DNA of 64,000 nucleotides from Octopus vulgaris (taxonomy: Eukaryota), in assembly GCA_951406725.2 (NCBI GenBank), contig OX597836.1:1922001-1986000 (forward strand), written 5' to 3'. This document shows positions 12,888 to 28,405 of the stretch, one piece after another; position 1 is the first letter of the stretch; each line of letters opens with the position of its first letter. Position numbers and translations under genes: made by a program. The notes beneath the pieces were generated by a model. That model worked only from the letters and a program-made list of their open reading frames with translations, did not search any database and was not told the origin of the DNA.

Positions 12888-14649
12888 TAGATAGATAGAT
12901 ATATAGATATGTATATATGTAAATGTATATGTATATTCAAATGTGCATATGTACACACAATTATAGACGAATACATAAATTTATGCCCCTGAATAGTTAC
13001 ACACACATGTATGCAAGCAGACATACATAGCGAGAGAGATAGAGAGTTGATCCCTACATATATGTGTGTGTGTATCTGTGTGTGTATGTCTGTGTGTGTG
13101 AACGGAAGTACGCTTTTCTGCCGAAAGGTTTCGCATATCAGTCTTTGGTTTTCCCGTCGTTTCTTAATTATTTACTTTAGCGCTGAAGACATATTTTTGA
13201 AGAACCGTAAATTTTAAGATTGATTTATGTATTTCTGAAACCATACACCTCCTTTCTTTTTTACCATTTTTTTTTTTTTTTACCATTTCTCTTCCAGTTG
13301 CTTCCATTCTTCCTTCTGATTACCATTGTTGTTGTTGCTGCGACTGTTGTCGATTATTTTCATCGAGATTCTCTAATTGTTGATGTTTCTGTCTGGTTTA
13401 TTCTTGTTGTTCATCATATTTTTTCCCGCTGCAGTCGAAGCTGCTGTTGTTCATGTTGTTGTTGATGTCGTAGACGATGTTGTCCTTTCTGATGCTGCTG
13501 CTGCTGATGAATTTTATTATTGCTTTATATGTTATACATATATTTATTGATTATTATCCTGTTGTTGTTTTTTTGTTTTTGGTTTAACGTTGTTGTTGCT
13601 AAGCTTTTTTTTTTTTCGCGGTTGCTAATATCATCCATTGTTCTTGTCATTGCTGCTGCTGTGGCTTATTGTTGTTGATGTTATTATTTATTTCTATTCT
13701 CATTGTTATTCTTCGCTTTTGTTGTTGTTGTTGTTGTTGTTGTTGTTGAGTGTATAAATATTGTCGCTGTCGATGTGAATGCTTTCCGTCGCTTTGTTTT
13801 CCCTTCTTTTCTCTTCGTTGCTGAATTCTGTTGTTATGGCGGCTCTTGTAGCTAAGCGTTGGCACACATTCTTTATCCGTTTTACATTACAGTTTTACGT
13901 GGACCGTTTATTTTTCGATATTCACTTTTATTTACTTTCATATATATTCTTGACAAATATAAGCAAATACGCCATTCTTACGCACACACAAAAATACAAA
14001 CACACTCCTGCAAATACTTATTTACACAGTTAGAAACACGCTTAAAACATAATTACACTCACATACATATCCTCGCGTCACACACATACACAGAGAGAAC
14101 ATTTCGCTATTATTTTTGTTATTTACAGACTATGAATAACATTAAAATAGCAATAAATCATTCTGCGATCATGTTTACATGCAGTAATATTCTGTATTTA
14201 ACCTGCGAGTCAACTACAAACATGCAAGCAGTTAACTGGGAAAACATCAAAGATACTAAGCAGGTAACATATAATTATTCGTAAGTTTACAGAATGTGTA
14301 TACGTGTAAGAATGAGGGTAGATGCAAGGGTAGTGACCTGACTCATGTCAGCGTAATTAAAATTGTATTCCATCATCAATTTTCTATTTATTAATTCCGC
14401 TTCACATGTGATACCGTAACTGTTAAAAAACACTAACTAGATGTGTGCGGATGTATGTATATATATATATATATATTTGTGTGTGTGTGTGTGTGTGTTT
14501 GCGCGCGTGTGTGTGTGCATGCGTGTACATGAAATAGACGTTTATATATATATACACTCACTGATATACATAAATACTTCTGTCCGTTTGTTCAGGGCGT
14601 TTGTGCTTATACAGTATATATTATGTTCGTTTTATATATACATATATAC

Positions 14650-14986
<337 letters not shown>

Positions 14987-14989
<3 letters not shown>

Positions 14990-15101
14990 TAAAACGGTAA
15001 GATAACAAAAGAAAGAAAGAGATCTCGATATTATGTAAATAGGGGAAATTTATCTATACAATAATATGTTACATTACTCGATAGTCATCGAGTAATGTAA
15101 C

Positions 15102-15110
<9 letters not shown>
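14987..15110 (-). mobile_element. Second, unrelated fold-back micro-insert in (TA)n
   Basis: atatgttacattactcgat-agtc-atcgagtaatgtaacatat (15064-15105) plus ~74-nt tail 14987-15060, between TA tracts; strand inferred by analogy. Confidence 0.6.
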
Positions 15111-15151
<41 letters not shown>

Positions 15152-15332
15152 AGGGGCCTAACCCGGGATTTTGAAATACCAGGTAGTAGTAGCATTCATC
15201 AACCTGTGTTATTTATTTTTGATAACTAATGTTGTTTGGGCTTTAAAAATGTTTAAATGACACACGTGCACACACGTGCACACGCATACATGAATATATA
15301 TGAATATAAGATTTCAGAATCACCCAAAAAAG

Positions 15333-15652
15333 ATAAAGAAGGATGAAAAATTATACGTCTTCAAAACCTGTTTATTACAATATTATTCTCATTAAACTCA
15401 CATTAGATTCCAATCCGACACGTGTTTCTGTTCCATATGTGTCCTAATGTCCTCTCATGTAGCATTTATGTGTATTTAGGCCATTCAGTTTCAGTACATA
15501 TTCATCGAAATGCACATAAATTCGACATCAAAGCATATTAGGACATTTATACAAAAGAAACACGTGACGGATTCGAATGTAATGTGAGTTTCATGAAAAT
15601 AATTGTAAAATAAACAAGCTTTGAAGATGTAGAATTCGCCATTCTTCTTTAT
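15333..15652. repeat. Old, diverged long inverted repeat (arms ~15333-15477 and ~15508-15652)
   Basis: aaactcacattagattccaatccgacacgtgtttct pairs with agaaacacgtgacggattcgaatgtaatgtgagttt; pairing extends with mismatches on both sides. Confidence 0.8.
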
Positions 15653-16320
15653 GATATCTTAATTATAAATTTTCTATGCTCAAATGAAATCTAATGAAAC
15701 AAAATTAGGATTTGCTTATCGAGTGAAGCACCTAATTGATTATCTTCAACAATTCTATACATTCGCTAAAATTCGTTGCCGTGAAGATGGATATTATATT
15801 AGGAAAAACAAGTTTCCACATGCCTATTCCTTTCGTGGAATATTCGATATTAAATTTTCTTTCAAATATTTTGTGATACCAAAACATCCCTTCTGATCGT
15901 ATTTGATATTTTAAAAGAATACATCTTGAAAATATTAAACGCCGTGTTTTCAAAATGAAGTTCTCAAATCCATAAATGTCTTTCCATAGAAGTGCTTGCT
16001 TATGTAAATCCCTCGTACCGTTTTTAATAGTCAAAGACAATAGGTTTGGTAATCTTTTACTCTTACCATTTCTGCCAGAATAATATTTTTTTAAAGTCGG
16101 CTATATTCACTGAACTGTCGGGTTGTTTTATATTTGAGTGACTGGTGTATGCGATATGTGTTAGTGTTTGAAATACTTGCAGGAAGTTATTCCTATCGTG
16201 ACATAGCATGAAAATAATATAACGAGGAAATAACGCAAGGAGAAACTTCGAAACTTCTACATCACATAGGTAACCACACGCACATTCACACGCATGTAGA
16301 TACATTCCGAGTGAGTGGGC

Positions 16321-16380
<60 letters not shown>

Positions 16381-16396
16381 GTGTGTGTGTTGTATG

Positions 16397-16535
<139 letters not shown>

Positions 16536-17197
16536 ATATCCTTCACACGCACACACGTGTTACACTTCCATCTACATGAATATATATATATGTGCGTGTG
16601 TATGTATGTGTGTATGTATATTTATATATATGCCCCTCTCTGTGCATGTGTGATTGTGAGTCTGCATGTATTTAAGAAATTGTTGAATCGTCAGTGTTAT
16701 GCTTTCATGTAAAAATATTACCTCAAGAAGCTTCGAGATACGATCTGCCGCATTGCATCACCGATTACATCTAAGATTAAGTCAAACACACTTCCAATTG
16801 AAGACAGTTCACAGCTAATTATTTAACTTTATCTCTCGCTTATATCAGGAGCAGCTGTTTATATTTTGAAGGGTGAAATATATACAAACACCCATACACA
16901 CACATATATACATATATACGCACACACATACATATATGTGTGCGTGTGTATAAGCATGTCTGTGCATGTATATACACATGGATATATGCTGATGAAGTTG
17001 TAGAATGTTTATACATAGGAAAATGACAAAGCGCCATACGCACCAGCAATAACATATATAATTGTACATACATACATACAAACATATCTACCTTTGTATC
17101 TACATGCAGATTTGCTTCTGTATCTATGTGAGTATCTGTGTGCGTGTGTGTATATATATATATATATACCTATGTGTGTGTGTGTATAGATATGTAC

Positions 17198-17230
<33 letters not shown>

Positions 17231-17404
17231 TAGATAGATAGATAGATAGACATTTATGTATACATGGATGTATAAACGTATATATGAATATATATGCGTG
17301 CGTATATCTTTGTGTGTCTGCTTATGTGATTGTGATGTGTACCCCTGCGTGTATGTGTTGGCCTCGCAATAGTTCTGGATGTTTTACAGCTATATTATAT
17401 ACCG

Positions 17405-17493
<89 letters not shown>

Positions 17494-17549
17494 AACATAC
17501 ATACATACATACATACATACACACATATATATACATATATATATATATA

Positions 17550-17602
<53 letters not shown>

Positions 17603-17864
17603 CCATATGCATAACTTTGTATGCGCATCTATATGAGTTTTGCTACCCCATTCCTCCTAATATCGCGTTGAATGTATGAAGACCAAAACCTATGATTCAT
17701 TCATTTGCTCTGTATTGTTGCTCATTTGTAATGTATGGAATAAACCACATATTTATCTCAACACCGTTTCCCTCCAACTAATGTCGTCTCTCATCTGTTG
17801 TAAATTGCACCGGTAGACCAAATGGTGTGTTATGCTCCTTTATGTTCGGGTTATAAATTCCGCG

Positions 17865-18336
17865 GAGAGGGTTGTTGCTGGAAGTTCATATGTTTAACGA
17901 CAGGAATTCTCAGTTTGCAATATCGACGAAAATAGTCAAAAGAGATCGTAGGAGGATTTTTAGGACATCACATTTCATAATTCCTTACTTCGTAATTCCC
18001 CCGATTGTACTTCTTTGGTTTACTATGTGAGGGCGCAGATGAGGAAACCACAAACCGCTCAGCTTTAAATAACAGGAGCGAGGTAGAGTCCAATACCAAA
18101 CAGGTGCTCCAAGCTCTTCTCAGGGATACTGTAAAAACGCATACAACCTGTTCCCGAGCCCTCTTGAGGCCGTAGTTGAGGCTAATGGCGGTTAAGTTGA
18201 GCAAAATATTATATTTCACCCATAATCTCTTAGTTGAGGGTTTGTAGATTATCAAAATAATTTTAGTTCTTTATGCTTTTATATATTTAAGCATTTTTTT
18301 TTTGGAAACTGTTAAATTCGATCCGAACATCTTGTA
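17865..18336 (+). mobile_element. Decayed Tc1/mariner transposase fragment (DD37D/maT-like) with 3' end
   Basis: Manual translation: ERVVAGSSYV*RQE...NSPDCTSLVYYV..GA.EETTNR...LEAVVEANGG; 37 residues between the positions of catalytic D2 and D3; ends ...atcttgta. Confidence 0.75.
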
Positions 18337-18519
18337 TTTTGTAATTTGTCATTTCCGTTGGAACCAGATTATCTCTAAATCCTGCTACTGTTTTATTTCG
18401 TCGCCTCCAATCCTGTACACGGAGATTTGAAATACACATTGGTTTGTAATTTCTTGTACGTGGGTGAGGTTACTGCCTACTTTATTTCTTTTTCTCTCTC
18501 TCTCTTACATTTTGTCCAG

Positions 18520-18636
18520 TTATCCATCAGATGAGTGGTTCGAGTCATATTTAGACCTATCACCATGTGCAAATGAAAATAGAAACACGAGAAGGACCTG
18601 CGCTTCAGGTCGAATTAAGCTGATGGCAAAATACTG
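18520..18636 (+). other. Candidate 117-nt exon
   Basis: Long pyrimidine tract + ttttgtccag| acceptor and CTG|gtgagt donor; one frame open (YPSDEWFESYLDLSPCANENRNTRRTCASGRIKLMAKY); no recognised homology. Confidence 0.35.
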
Positions 18637-19101
18637 GTGAGTAAAGTAACAACACCGAAGTAACCCGTATGAGTAAATATACATTTCTAATTCTAGCAGA
18701 GAAAAGAAAATGAGGAATGGCCGCGAAAACACAGGCGTATAAGAAAAATATTAAGATTTTCGTATGGATATATAAACTGGACCGAGTTATTGGATACTTG
18801 TGGTCCGATCGAGGCCCCACAGAAAAAAATGCCAACAAAAAAGAATAATGGATATCAGTAGAAACAAGATACATGAGATGGAAGCATATTAGTTGTTACA
18901 TGAATCGAACGATGACACATTTGAACAACTTAAAGAAGTCATTGATTATAGCGGAGACAAGTTGTGAACTGAACCGAAACCAATAGTAAATGAACAAGCT
19001 TCGTCTGCCTTCGTTCATAGTCTCTCTCTCCTCCAGCTTCCTCTTTGCAAATATACACACACACACACATATATATATACATGCGTATTATGTATACATA
19101 C

Positions 19102-19169
<68 letters not shown>

Positions 19170-19220
19170 ACCTATTCGTATCTATTTATATATCTTTCTA
19201 TCATGTGACACTTTTCAGTA

Positions 19221-19279
<59 letters not shown>

Positions 19280-19503
19280 CATACATATGCATATCTATAT
19301 GTGAACGTGCATATGTATATATGCACCTATACGTACACAAATGTACGTAGGAATATTTTTTCTCTATATCTAGATAAATGTATGTATATACATATAGTGT
19401 AGATAGGTGTATGTGTGCAATTATCTATGTTTGTCTGTTTCCAGTTATCTGTCGAGATTTCTTTCTCTCTTTGCCAATACATACATACATACATATATTT
19501 ACT

Positions 19504-19548
<45 letters not shown>

Positions 19549-20423
19549 ACATACATGTATATACTCTCACGTACACGTGCGTATTAGGAGGCACAGAAGT
19601 ACATAAAGTGCCCGCTTCATTCCTATATTTTAATCTACTGCAGTACGAGGGTAATGGAGAATAGTCAGTTAATGAAGCACAGAGCATAAATAAATAACGA
19701 AATAAATAAACATTTTAGAAGATTGTAAGAAAAATGGCGAAAATATCAAAAACATGACATGAAACAAATTAAATTAATAGTTGCAAAGTAATTCAGCTTT
19801 GATTTCTAGATTTTTTTCAATCGTTCACTTCATCAATCACGCAACATAAAAATTCTTACATACTAACATAACGTATATATACACCAATATATGAATACAA
19901 CATACATACATAGAACATACATGCATATGTACATACATACATATACAACCATATACACCTACATATATATGTTTCCGTGTGTGTGTGTAGATATTATATA
20001 CGTAAATTTTATTCATGCATGTATAGTAATACGTATGTATAGTAATGTAAATGCGCACAATCAGACCATGAACAGAGAAAATGTAAAGTGCATAGATATG
20101 CACATACATGTATACATGTGTAGTTATATGTACTTCATACGTAAGTACACACACATATACGCAATCACACACTCACACACTCAGACAAACACACACTTAT
20201 ACACACACATATATATATATGTATATATGTATATGATGTGTATATGCGCACACTTTATCAATTACTTTTGATAATATACATTAATATTAACACCAATATA
20301 ATAACATATATAATTATACATACTTGCACACACGTCACAAAACACACACACGCACACAGATATATGTATGTATATGTGTGTTCATTAATATATATGTATA
20401 TATATATTTATATATATATACAT

Positions 20424-20471
<48 letters not shown>

Positions 20472-20661
20472 CCACTCACATGTATATATAAAGACATATA
20501 CGCTTATCAATTTTAATAATATTACCATATATATGACCTCTTGGCAACGCAACCAATCATTTTTAATATATATTTATTAATATTTATACTGATTGATATA
20601 CATACATGTATAAATGCATAGTTATATGTGTATATTTATACACACACACACACCCACACGG

Positions 20662-20708
<47 letters not shown>

Positions 20709-20825
20709 ATACATACGCATAAACATTTAAATCTATACTTATATACACACATCTATGTATACATGTATTTCGATGCAGATATGATGTTGCACCTAGTTCT
20801 GCTTCTCTGTGTATATAACACGCAT

Positions 20826-20878
<53 letters not shown>

Positions 20879-21494
20879 AACTTGGGTAACCGAAGATGAA
20901 TTCAATGCGTAACATGTTTCTAGGCAGCTTCTTCTCTGATTGCTGTAAATTCGCAGTGGGTGTTGCAAGCAGGGCTGACTTCACGTCAGCTTCACTGAAG
21001 AGCGTTAATATCCACAGGGAAACCTGCCTAGAACGATGGAAGGAATTCAATTATATAGCACACAACGGGCATATATAACCTGCATTGAACACTATACTTC
21101 ATCACAGCTATTATTGAGTATTGATCACTTGAGCATTTATGTATACGTTATTATTTATGAATGTATACACACACACAAGTATATAAATATGAGTGTGCAT
21201 GTCTATACATTAATACACACTAATTTATGGAGGCACACATGTACACACACGCACACTGTGTTGCACATTTACACTGACACACACACATACATATATATAT
21301 GTATGTGTGTATCTCTGTACATGTGTATGTATGCCAGCGACTGTACAAAGGAATTGGTGCTGCTTTGAGATTTCCAAGCGTAAAATCACGTTTTCCAGCG
21401 CTGTTAATATTTAACAAACTGTAAAATCTTGTTGGATATATTCGAACGTTGGCAGACCACAGTTCATACGTAGACACGCATACAGAAACATACA

Positions 21495-21570
21495 CATATT
21501 CGTCTATAGAGTCAAATGCGTAATTTATATATATGCATACGTATATTTATATATACATACATAAAACAAG

Positions 21571-21639
<69 letters not shown>

Positions 21640-21710
21640 TCGTCTATAGAGTCATATGCATAATTTATATATATGCATACATATATTTATATATACATAC
21701 ATAAAACAAG

Positions 21711-21775
<65 letters not shown>
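21495..21775. repeat. Tandem duplication of a ~140-nt unit that includes a TA tract
   Basis: catattcgtctatagagtca...ataaaacaagcatacata(ta)n occurs at 21495 and 21635. Confidence 0.9.
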
Positions 21776-21778
<3 letters not shown>

Positions 21779-21814
21779 TAAATCTATAAACACATTCATA
21801 CAGACATACATACA

Positions 21815-21850
<36 letters not shown>

Positions 21851-21890
21851 CTCCCCCTCTCCTTTCTCTACATATTTTTGTATATATTAG

Positions 21891-21922
<32 letters not shown>

Positions 21923-21948
21923 GTGTGTATGTGTTTAAGTGTGTGTAT

Positions 21949-21989
<41 letters not shown>

Positions 21990-23479
21990 GGATTCGCTTA
22001 TATATTATATAGGTATATGTACCTACTTTCATAAAAACATACCTAGGTACACCAAGAATGCTATTACTATTGACTTCTACCTAATCGAATAGACGTAACT
22101 CAAACTTTGACGTCGACTCGAACATCTTTTAAAATATTGCATCAAAGCATTTCGACTTCATCCAAGCGGTCCAGGTGTATCCGTGCACCTCATCCACACA
22201 TATATGAAATATATCATCGTGAGAGCCATAAAAGGTCTTCCCTGAAATATGCCTGATGACTTTTTGCCTTCAATATACTCCCAGTATTTCAGCAGTTCCA
22301 TTTCGTTGGAACATTAGGTGAAAAGCTACTTTCTTATCAAGAAAGAATCATATGCGTATTATCGTAGGAGACGGCGTAGTCACAGAACCTATCGGGTTAG
22401 ATTAGCATCTCTTGGATAACCAAGCATTGTAATAACCCTCTCTTCGAAGGGTATGATATTACAATTCACGAAACAGAAATAAGAAATTATCTGGGGCATA
22501 AAATTTATAAAGCACAAGCATTGCAGACTATCGAGAAATATGGAGATTTATCATCGAATATGCGACCCATGTTAGAAGTAATTTCTTGAAAGTGTCGCCA
22601 CGTTTTTATTTTATAACCAGCACGATGTCCTGGTAAAAACAGTGAGCGGTGGAACGTTTGGTTAAGATGTTGAAAACATCAGACCTCTGATGCGAATGGC
22701 ATAATCTGGTGATTACATGAAAGACGACTTTTGCTAGAATCACACAGGAACTGTTCACTTCGCTTAAATATTTATGGTGTGGTGTTTAAAATTTCGTTCG
22801 CGACCTGGTCCCTGCCACAGTTCCACGAATTTGAACATTTTGGTTATTGGCCAGTTTATAGAAGCGTCAGTAATTGAAATGTGATGGCGGCGTGATGGCA
22901 GTGTTGACACCAAGGAATAAATGATTAAATGAATTTAATAGTTTTGAATGACTAAAAAATATTTTCACGCTTGCTTGCCTTTGTTTCAACAGTCTCAGAT
23001 CAAATCACTTGCCTAATAAATACAACTGTGATGCATCTAGAATGGTTTTATGAATTATTTGAAGAAACTAGAGTAGCTCAGACATTATAATACGGGGAAA
23101 TGAAGAAGAAAGATGCGTTGTAAAGAAAATTGCTTGTCTAACAAAATTGATCATAAATGTAAAGGTAATTGGAGACAGAAATGCTATGCTAAAATAAAGA
23201 TAAATCGCTAGGATACCATTCTTGAATTAGTTATATGAGAGACTAACATTTTCCCCAACATGGTTTTCGATAAGGATCACCAATTCAGTTTCAGTCCTGC
23301 AGTCTGCAATCATTGTCACCTTTGTCGTTTCCAAATACACCTTTATAACTAATTTTGCATCATATTATTTTTCCTTATATTTTTAAAATGCTCAATTATC
23401 AAATATTGACACAAAATATGGCAGATATATTTGGAAGTAGTATTTTGAAAATGTTGCTCATAGTATTAACAGTAAATAA

Positions 23480-24280
23480 CGAAGATTTAAACCGGAGTAG
23501 ATTTGTGTTAAAATATTGGATACAGAAGGCATTAAATGTGTCTACATTGCAAGATATAGGATTTATTTCTTTAATTTATCGGCGTACGGGTAGTAATACG
23601 CTTGTTTAAGTTATCGATCATTTTGTTTACGCAGCCAAAATTTTTACTTGTTAGTTTAGTTAATAGGCTTAAAACGATTATTCCTTTAATAAATCTCTTC
23701 CTTGCAACAAAAAATTCATTCAGTAAGAATATTAACTATTGTGATTCTATGCAGAGAATTTCTAAGCTTTGCGAATTGCAAAGATTTCATGTTTTATTTT
23801 CGCTTTTTTTTTATAGGATTCAACTATGAACCAAATGTTCATTTTAAGTTGTAAATTACTTTTACGATTTTTAATTCCAACATGAATGAAAACAAATATA
23901 TTGCTTTAAACCGGATTCATTTTGATGCTGGATTTAAAAGGATTAAGTATAAGGCCAATATACGTGTTAGAAATATTATGAAGTTGTACAGGCTATTATT
24001 TCCTTTTTGAGAGAATGTAGGCAATATAATCTAGAGGATATTTATTAATGCTGGAAAAATAACTGAAAATCGATCTTAACGAAATTGTAAGGTAAAAAGT
24101 TTAGCAGAAACAAATTGTTTAATAATGTTCGTCGAGAAAGTCGAAATGAATTTAAGTCTAAATTATTTTAAAAAATAAAACATTTGTGTTGTGGGAATTT
24201 TTCTAATACTTGGGGTAAAAATTGATTACAGTTTTGCTAGATTAAGATGTAAGTATTTGGGTTTCCACATTTATTTCTAT
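23480..24280 (+). mobile_element. Possible ancient non-LTR reverse transcriptase relic
   Basis: Only eroded motifs in the expected order (LD.QKA-like ~23515; KYLGF ~24251); many stops. Confidence 0.25.
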
Positions 24281-24825
24281 GGAAACGCATTTGGGATTTG
24301 TTCTGCGTAAGATGTTCTGTTTTAAAATAGACCTGGAAAGTCTTTTTATACTATTGAATATACTGAACAAAAATTTCCATGATAACTGAAATAAAGTTGA
24401 GGAACAGTTTGAGTAATCTATGATATTCTTAGAGAGTTTAAAGTTTGCGGAAATTTATTTCCAAACTTGGATTCGCAAGATAGCGTTCACTCCTTTAACT
24501 GACCTTTCCCAAGTGTCCTCTTGAAATCTTGCGGCGCATGGTTAGAATAAGTCGCCTAGTATTAATTTATTAACTCCAAGAAGATAAAGACAAAGTTAGA
24601 CTCCATGGGATTTTAAATGAGAGCAGAGGAAGTTGTGATCGGATACAAGACAAAAAGAACATTGACTCCGTCTCCATACTCTAAGAGGCGTCCGTCACTT
24701 TCGAGCGTCGATCGGTGAGCAAAACTATTAACGAAAGTTAATAGTTTCTGTTACATATCTGGATACAAGCACACATTTACGTCCACTCAAATCTCCCTGC
24801 CTTGGCCCCAAGAGCACTTACGAAT

Positions 24826-24885
<60 letters not shown>

Positions 24886-26785
24886 CGGCTGGTATTCATT
24901 TTCATCTAACAAAACTAAAGGAACGCGAATTGAAACGCTTTTCCTGTGGACTCAATACGCCGCATGATCGAAGGAACTCAACCTGAATATTCTGCTCGAC
25001 ACACGAACAAATATATCACAGGGTCAATTGCGTCTCAACCACGAACATTCATACATCGATGTTTACATAAATACTAATATGTATGCAAGCCTGAATACAA
25101 TCACACACACACACAAACATTCGCACACATACAGACACACACACACACACACATACACATACACACACGCACAAACACACACACAGACACACACACACAC
25201 GTATACACAAATATAGAAGCAATTAATCTCATGTTCATAAATCAAACCGTTATTTATATCTCCCTCTTTGCTCGTGTGTCTTCCTGTCGTCCTTACTCTC
25301 TCTCTCACTCACTCACTTACTCAGTCACTCACTCACTCACGTTTTCCCTTTCTCTCTGTCCCCTTTCTCTCTCATGCGATTTTACAGTAACTCAAATATC
25401 TGAAGTGAAACATTTAAACAAAAACCAAAAACAAACACAACGAACATCGCTTTACTTCTGCCTCCATTCCATCACGTTCTGCAGGTTACACTGTATTACT
25501 CGTGTCTTTCCAGAGCAGGAAATTGGTTAACATTGCGCATGAGCAACGTAATTGTCCACCGTTGACATATTACAATCCACACGTAATTCGTTCCTTGAGC
25601 AAAAGATTGGAAACCATCATACAGTTATCTCCCATAGGGATAAACTGACATTGCACTAAGTCCTTAAGAATTTTAAACCGGAAATTGCTATTTCATCTCA
25701 TGAGACACACGTGATTAAATCGTAGTAAGTTGAAAGATGCAGTTAATGCCTCACATGTAGCATAAAGATTATTATTAAATAGGTATGTATGTGTGTGTGG
25801 ATAGGTGTAATTGCGTTTTAATGTGTGCGGAAGTGTGTGAGTGTGTGTGAGTGTGTGTGTGTGCCTGTACGTAAGTACATGTGTGCTTTTAGTGCGATTG
25901 TGACAATGCATGTGTGTCAGTATGTGTATGTATGTGTGTATATATATATATATATATGTACACACACACATACATATATATATGCACACGCACACACACA
26001 TATTTATATATATACACACATACACATAAACACAAACACACACACACACACATATATATATATGGATAGACAAACAGATAGATAGATAGATAGATAGATA
26101 GGTAAATATGGATATGAGTGAACGCACGTATTGGCATGTGTAAATGTACATATACTTCTGTCAATATTATTATATATAACAATATCTATGTGTGTGCGTG
26201 TGTAGAATTATACATGTGTGCGTGTGTGTGTATGAGTGAGTGTGTGTAGAATGAACTTAATGCTGATACACGCATATATGTGTGAGGATGTACATATGCA
26301 CGCACATTGATACGTGTTAGCGAATTACAGCTGAATTCTTAAAGTTTTCATTCCAATATCACGAAGGTTTGCGGGTGTATCTTACTGCGTAGCTCCTAGG
26401 ACAGCGCATCGGACAAATCAATGTTATAGAAGTAGAATTATATGCACTCGAGTGCTAGTCCTGTGTGCTGATCCGGTGGCACACTTGGAGCATGGGATTT
26501 GATACCATGGGATAACTGTTGAGCTTTGCCAGTTCTAAAGGCGACGTTCGCACGGTACATATCGTTGATATATAGACTGTACCCAAAAACATCCACAAAG
26601 AAATCTTCCTCTTTTCTGTCAGATATCAAAGCGTGTTGGGGAAATTTCGAACCTACGTTCTCATACCTAAGTTATTTTTCATTGTTTTTATCATCATCAT
26701 CATCATCAGCAGCAGCAGCAGCAGCATCATCATCATCATCATCATCACCATCACCACCACCACCACCACCACCACCACCACCACC

Positions 26786-26832
<47 letters not shown>

Positions 26833-26924
26833 TATCATCGTTGTCGTCGTCGTCGTCATTATCATCATCATCATCATCGTCATTGTTATTATTATTATTA
26901 TTATCATTATTTTTCAGGTCACTG

Positions 26925-26972
26925 AACCCGATGAAGGCTGGAGGATATATATATCAGGCGACACGTCGTGTT
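26925..26972 (+). ncRNA. Degenerate minimal hammerhead-like motif
   Basis: CCGATGA-a-ggctgg...tcaggc-GACAC-GTC-gtgtt; core and stems carry mutations. Confidence 0.35.
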
Positions 26973-27119
26973 AACAACAAACAAGTTTTGGGTTCCGACT
27001 GAGACCCGACAAAGAACTACTGAAAAGAATACAGAATAACTATACAAAACAGGTCACATGAAAAGCTGGCATGTACACCCACAGATTTAATTTCGTAGTT
27101 AAAGAGAGCATATTAAAAT

Positions 27120-27204
27120 GGCCTACAAGTGTTTCCAGCGCAGCGAGTAGTCACTTTTGGAGATGCAACATTGCAATATTGTCGGAGATCGTTCATCAGT
27201 GTCC
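27120..27204 (-). ncRNA. Degenerate hammerhead-like motif with long stem II region
   Basis: Minus strand: ggaca-CTGATGA-(57 nt)-GAAAC-actt-GTA-ggcc; stem I imperfect. Confidence 0.3.
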
Positions 27205-28373
27205 GTCCCGCTGGTTTTCATCGAACTGTTTGAGGTAAATTCATGTAATTCAGTGTTCCGTGGGAGGTTGCAGTGTGATTTATAGGTATGTGTTGCTCAC
27301 TATGATTTCACCCCAGCCACCGTACAAAGTTGGGGCTTGGTATTAAAAGAGGTTAAGGTCGAGATTATTGCTTCTGTAAGCTACTTTGATGATCTGAATA
27401 CTTGTGAGCGTTGTTTTTGGACAGATGCAACCATGCATCTGTAACAGTGGTTAATCACTGCAGTCGAAGCACGTGTAGGACATCATAATATGCAGTATAT
27501 AACTATAGAATAAATTTTGTAGATGTATATGTCCCCATACACTTTACCATTAGTAATGTTAATACATACTGTAGGATACCTTTACTGTCCAGCGTAGGAC
27601 ACGCGGAAATAACCACCAGAATAATTTACGCAGTGACTAACAACTAATCGTAGACACACACGCTAGATACTGAACGTTGTGGTTAGCCATCAAATGGGAC
27701 CCAACTGAGAGATAGGATAGATAGGTAAATAGATAGATAGATATAAATATGTTTATAGATAGATATTGATAGATATATCTATATCTGTATAGATATAGAT
27801 ATAATTATAGATAGACAGACAGTTTGACAGACAGACAGATATACAAGTAGGTAGATAGATAGTTAGATAACTACATAGATAGATAAGGATCTGAAGATAT
27901 AAATATATGTCCGTTTATATAGATAAATGCATATTTATATACGCAGTCACAAACCTATACGTACAAAGATACAGCTATAGGTATATATATATACACGTGC
28001 AATGGCAGTGCACTTTAGTAAGTAGAGTTAATAAATTGATATACTGCAATCGGAAATTGTAATTTCTCGGCATGCACAAAAGAGATAAGGAAAAGTTGTA
28101 AGCTATACATCGGAGTAACCATAGTCGTAAAAAGGCCACATTTCTCAATAATAAATGGTGTAATTGAGCCATCAAATTGTACAAATGCAGACAATAATTC
28201 ATTATGACTATTCTCTGGTGATTTATGCTGCTTCTATTTCTGTTTGTGTGTGTCACAGAGTTGTATCCTCTCTTAATACATACACTCTCTCTCTCTCTGT
28301 CTCTGTCTCTCTCGCTCTGTCATTCTCTCTCTGTGTCTCTCTGTGTCCCTTTCCATCTTTTCCCTTACCTCTT

Positions 28374-28405
<32 letters not shown>

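Noticed and set aside
20918-21033. 10-bp inverted repeat (ttctaggcag/ctgcctagaa) enclosing ctgaaga...gaaac as a type-III hammerhead
   Set aside because: Stems I and II do not form and the 15.2-16.2 pair is mismatched; a 10-bp IR at this spacing is expected by chance in 64 kb.
26438-26629. 63-aa minus-strand ORF as a host exon
   Set aside because: No recognisable homology and no convincing splice-site pair.
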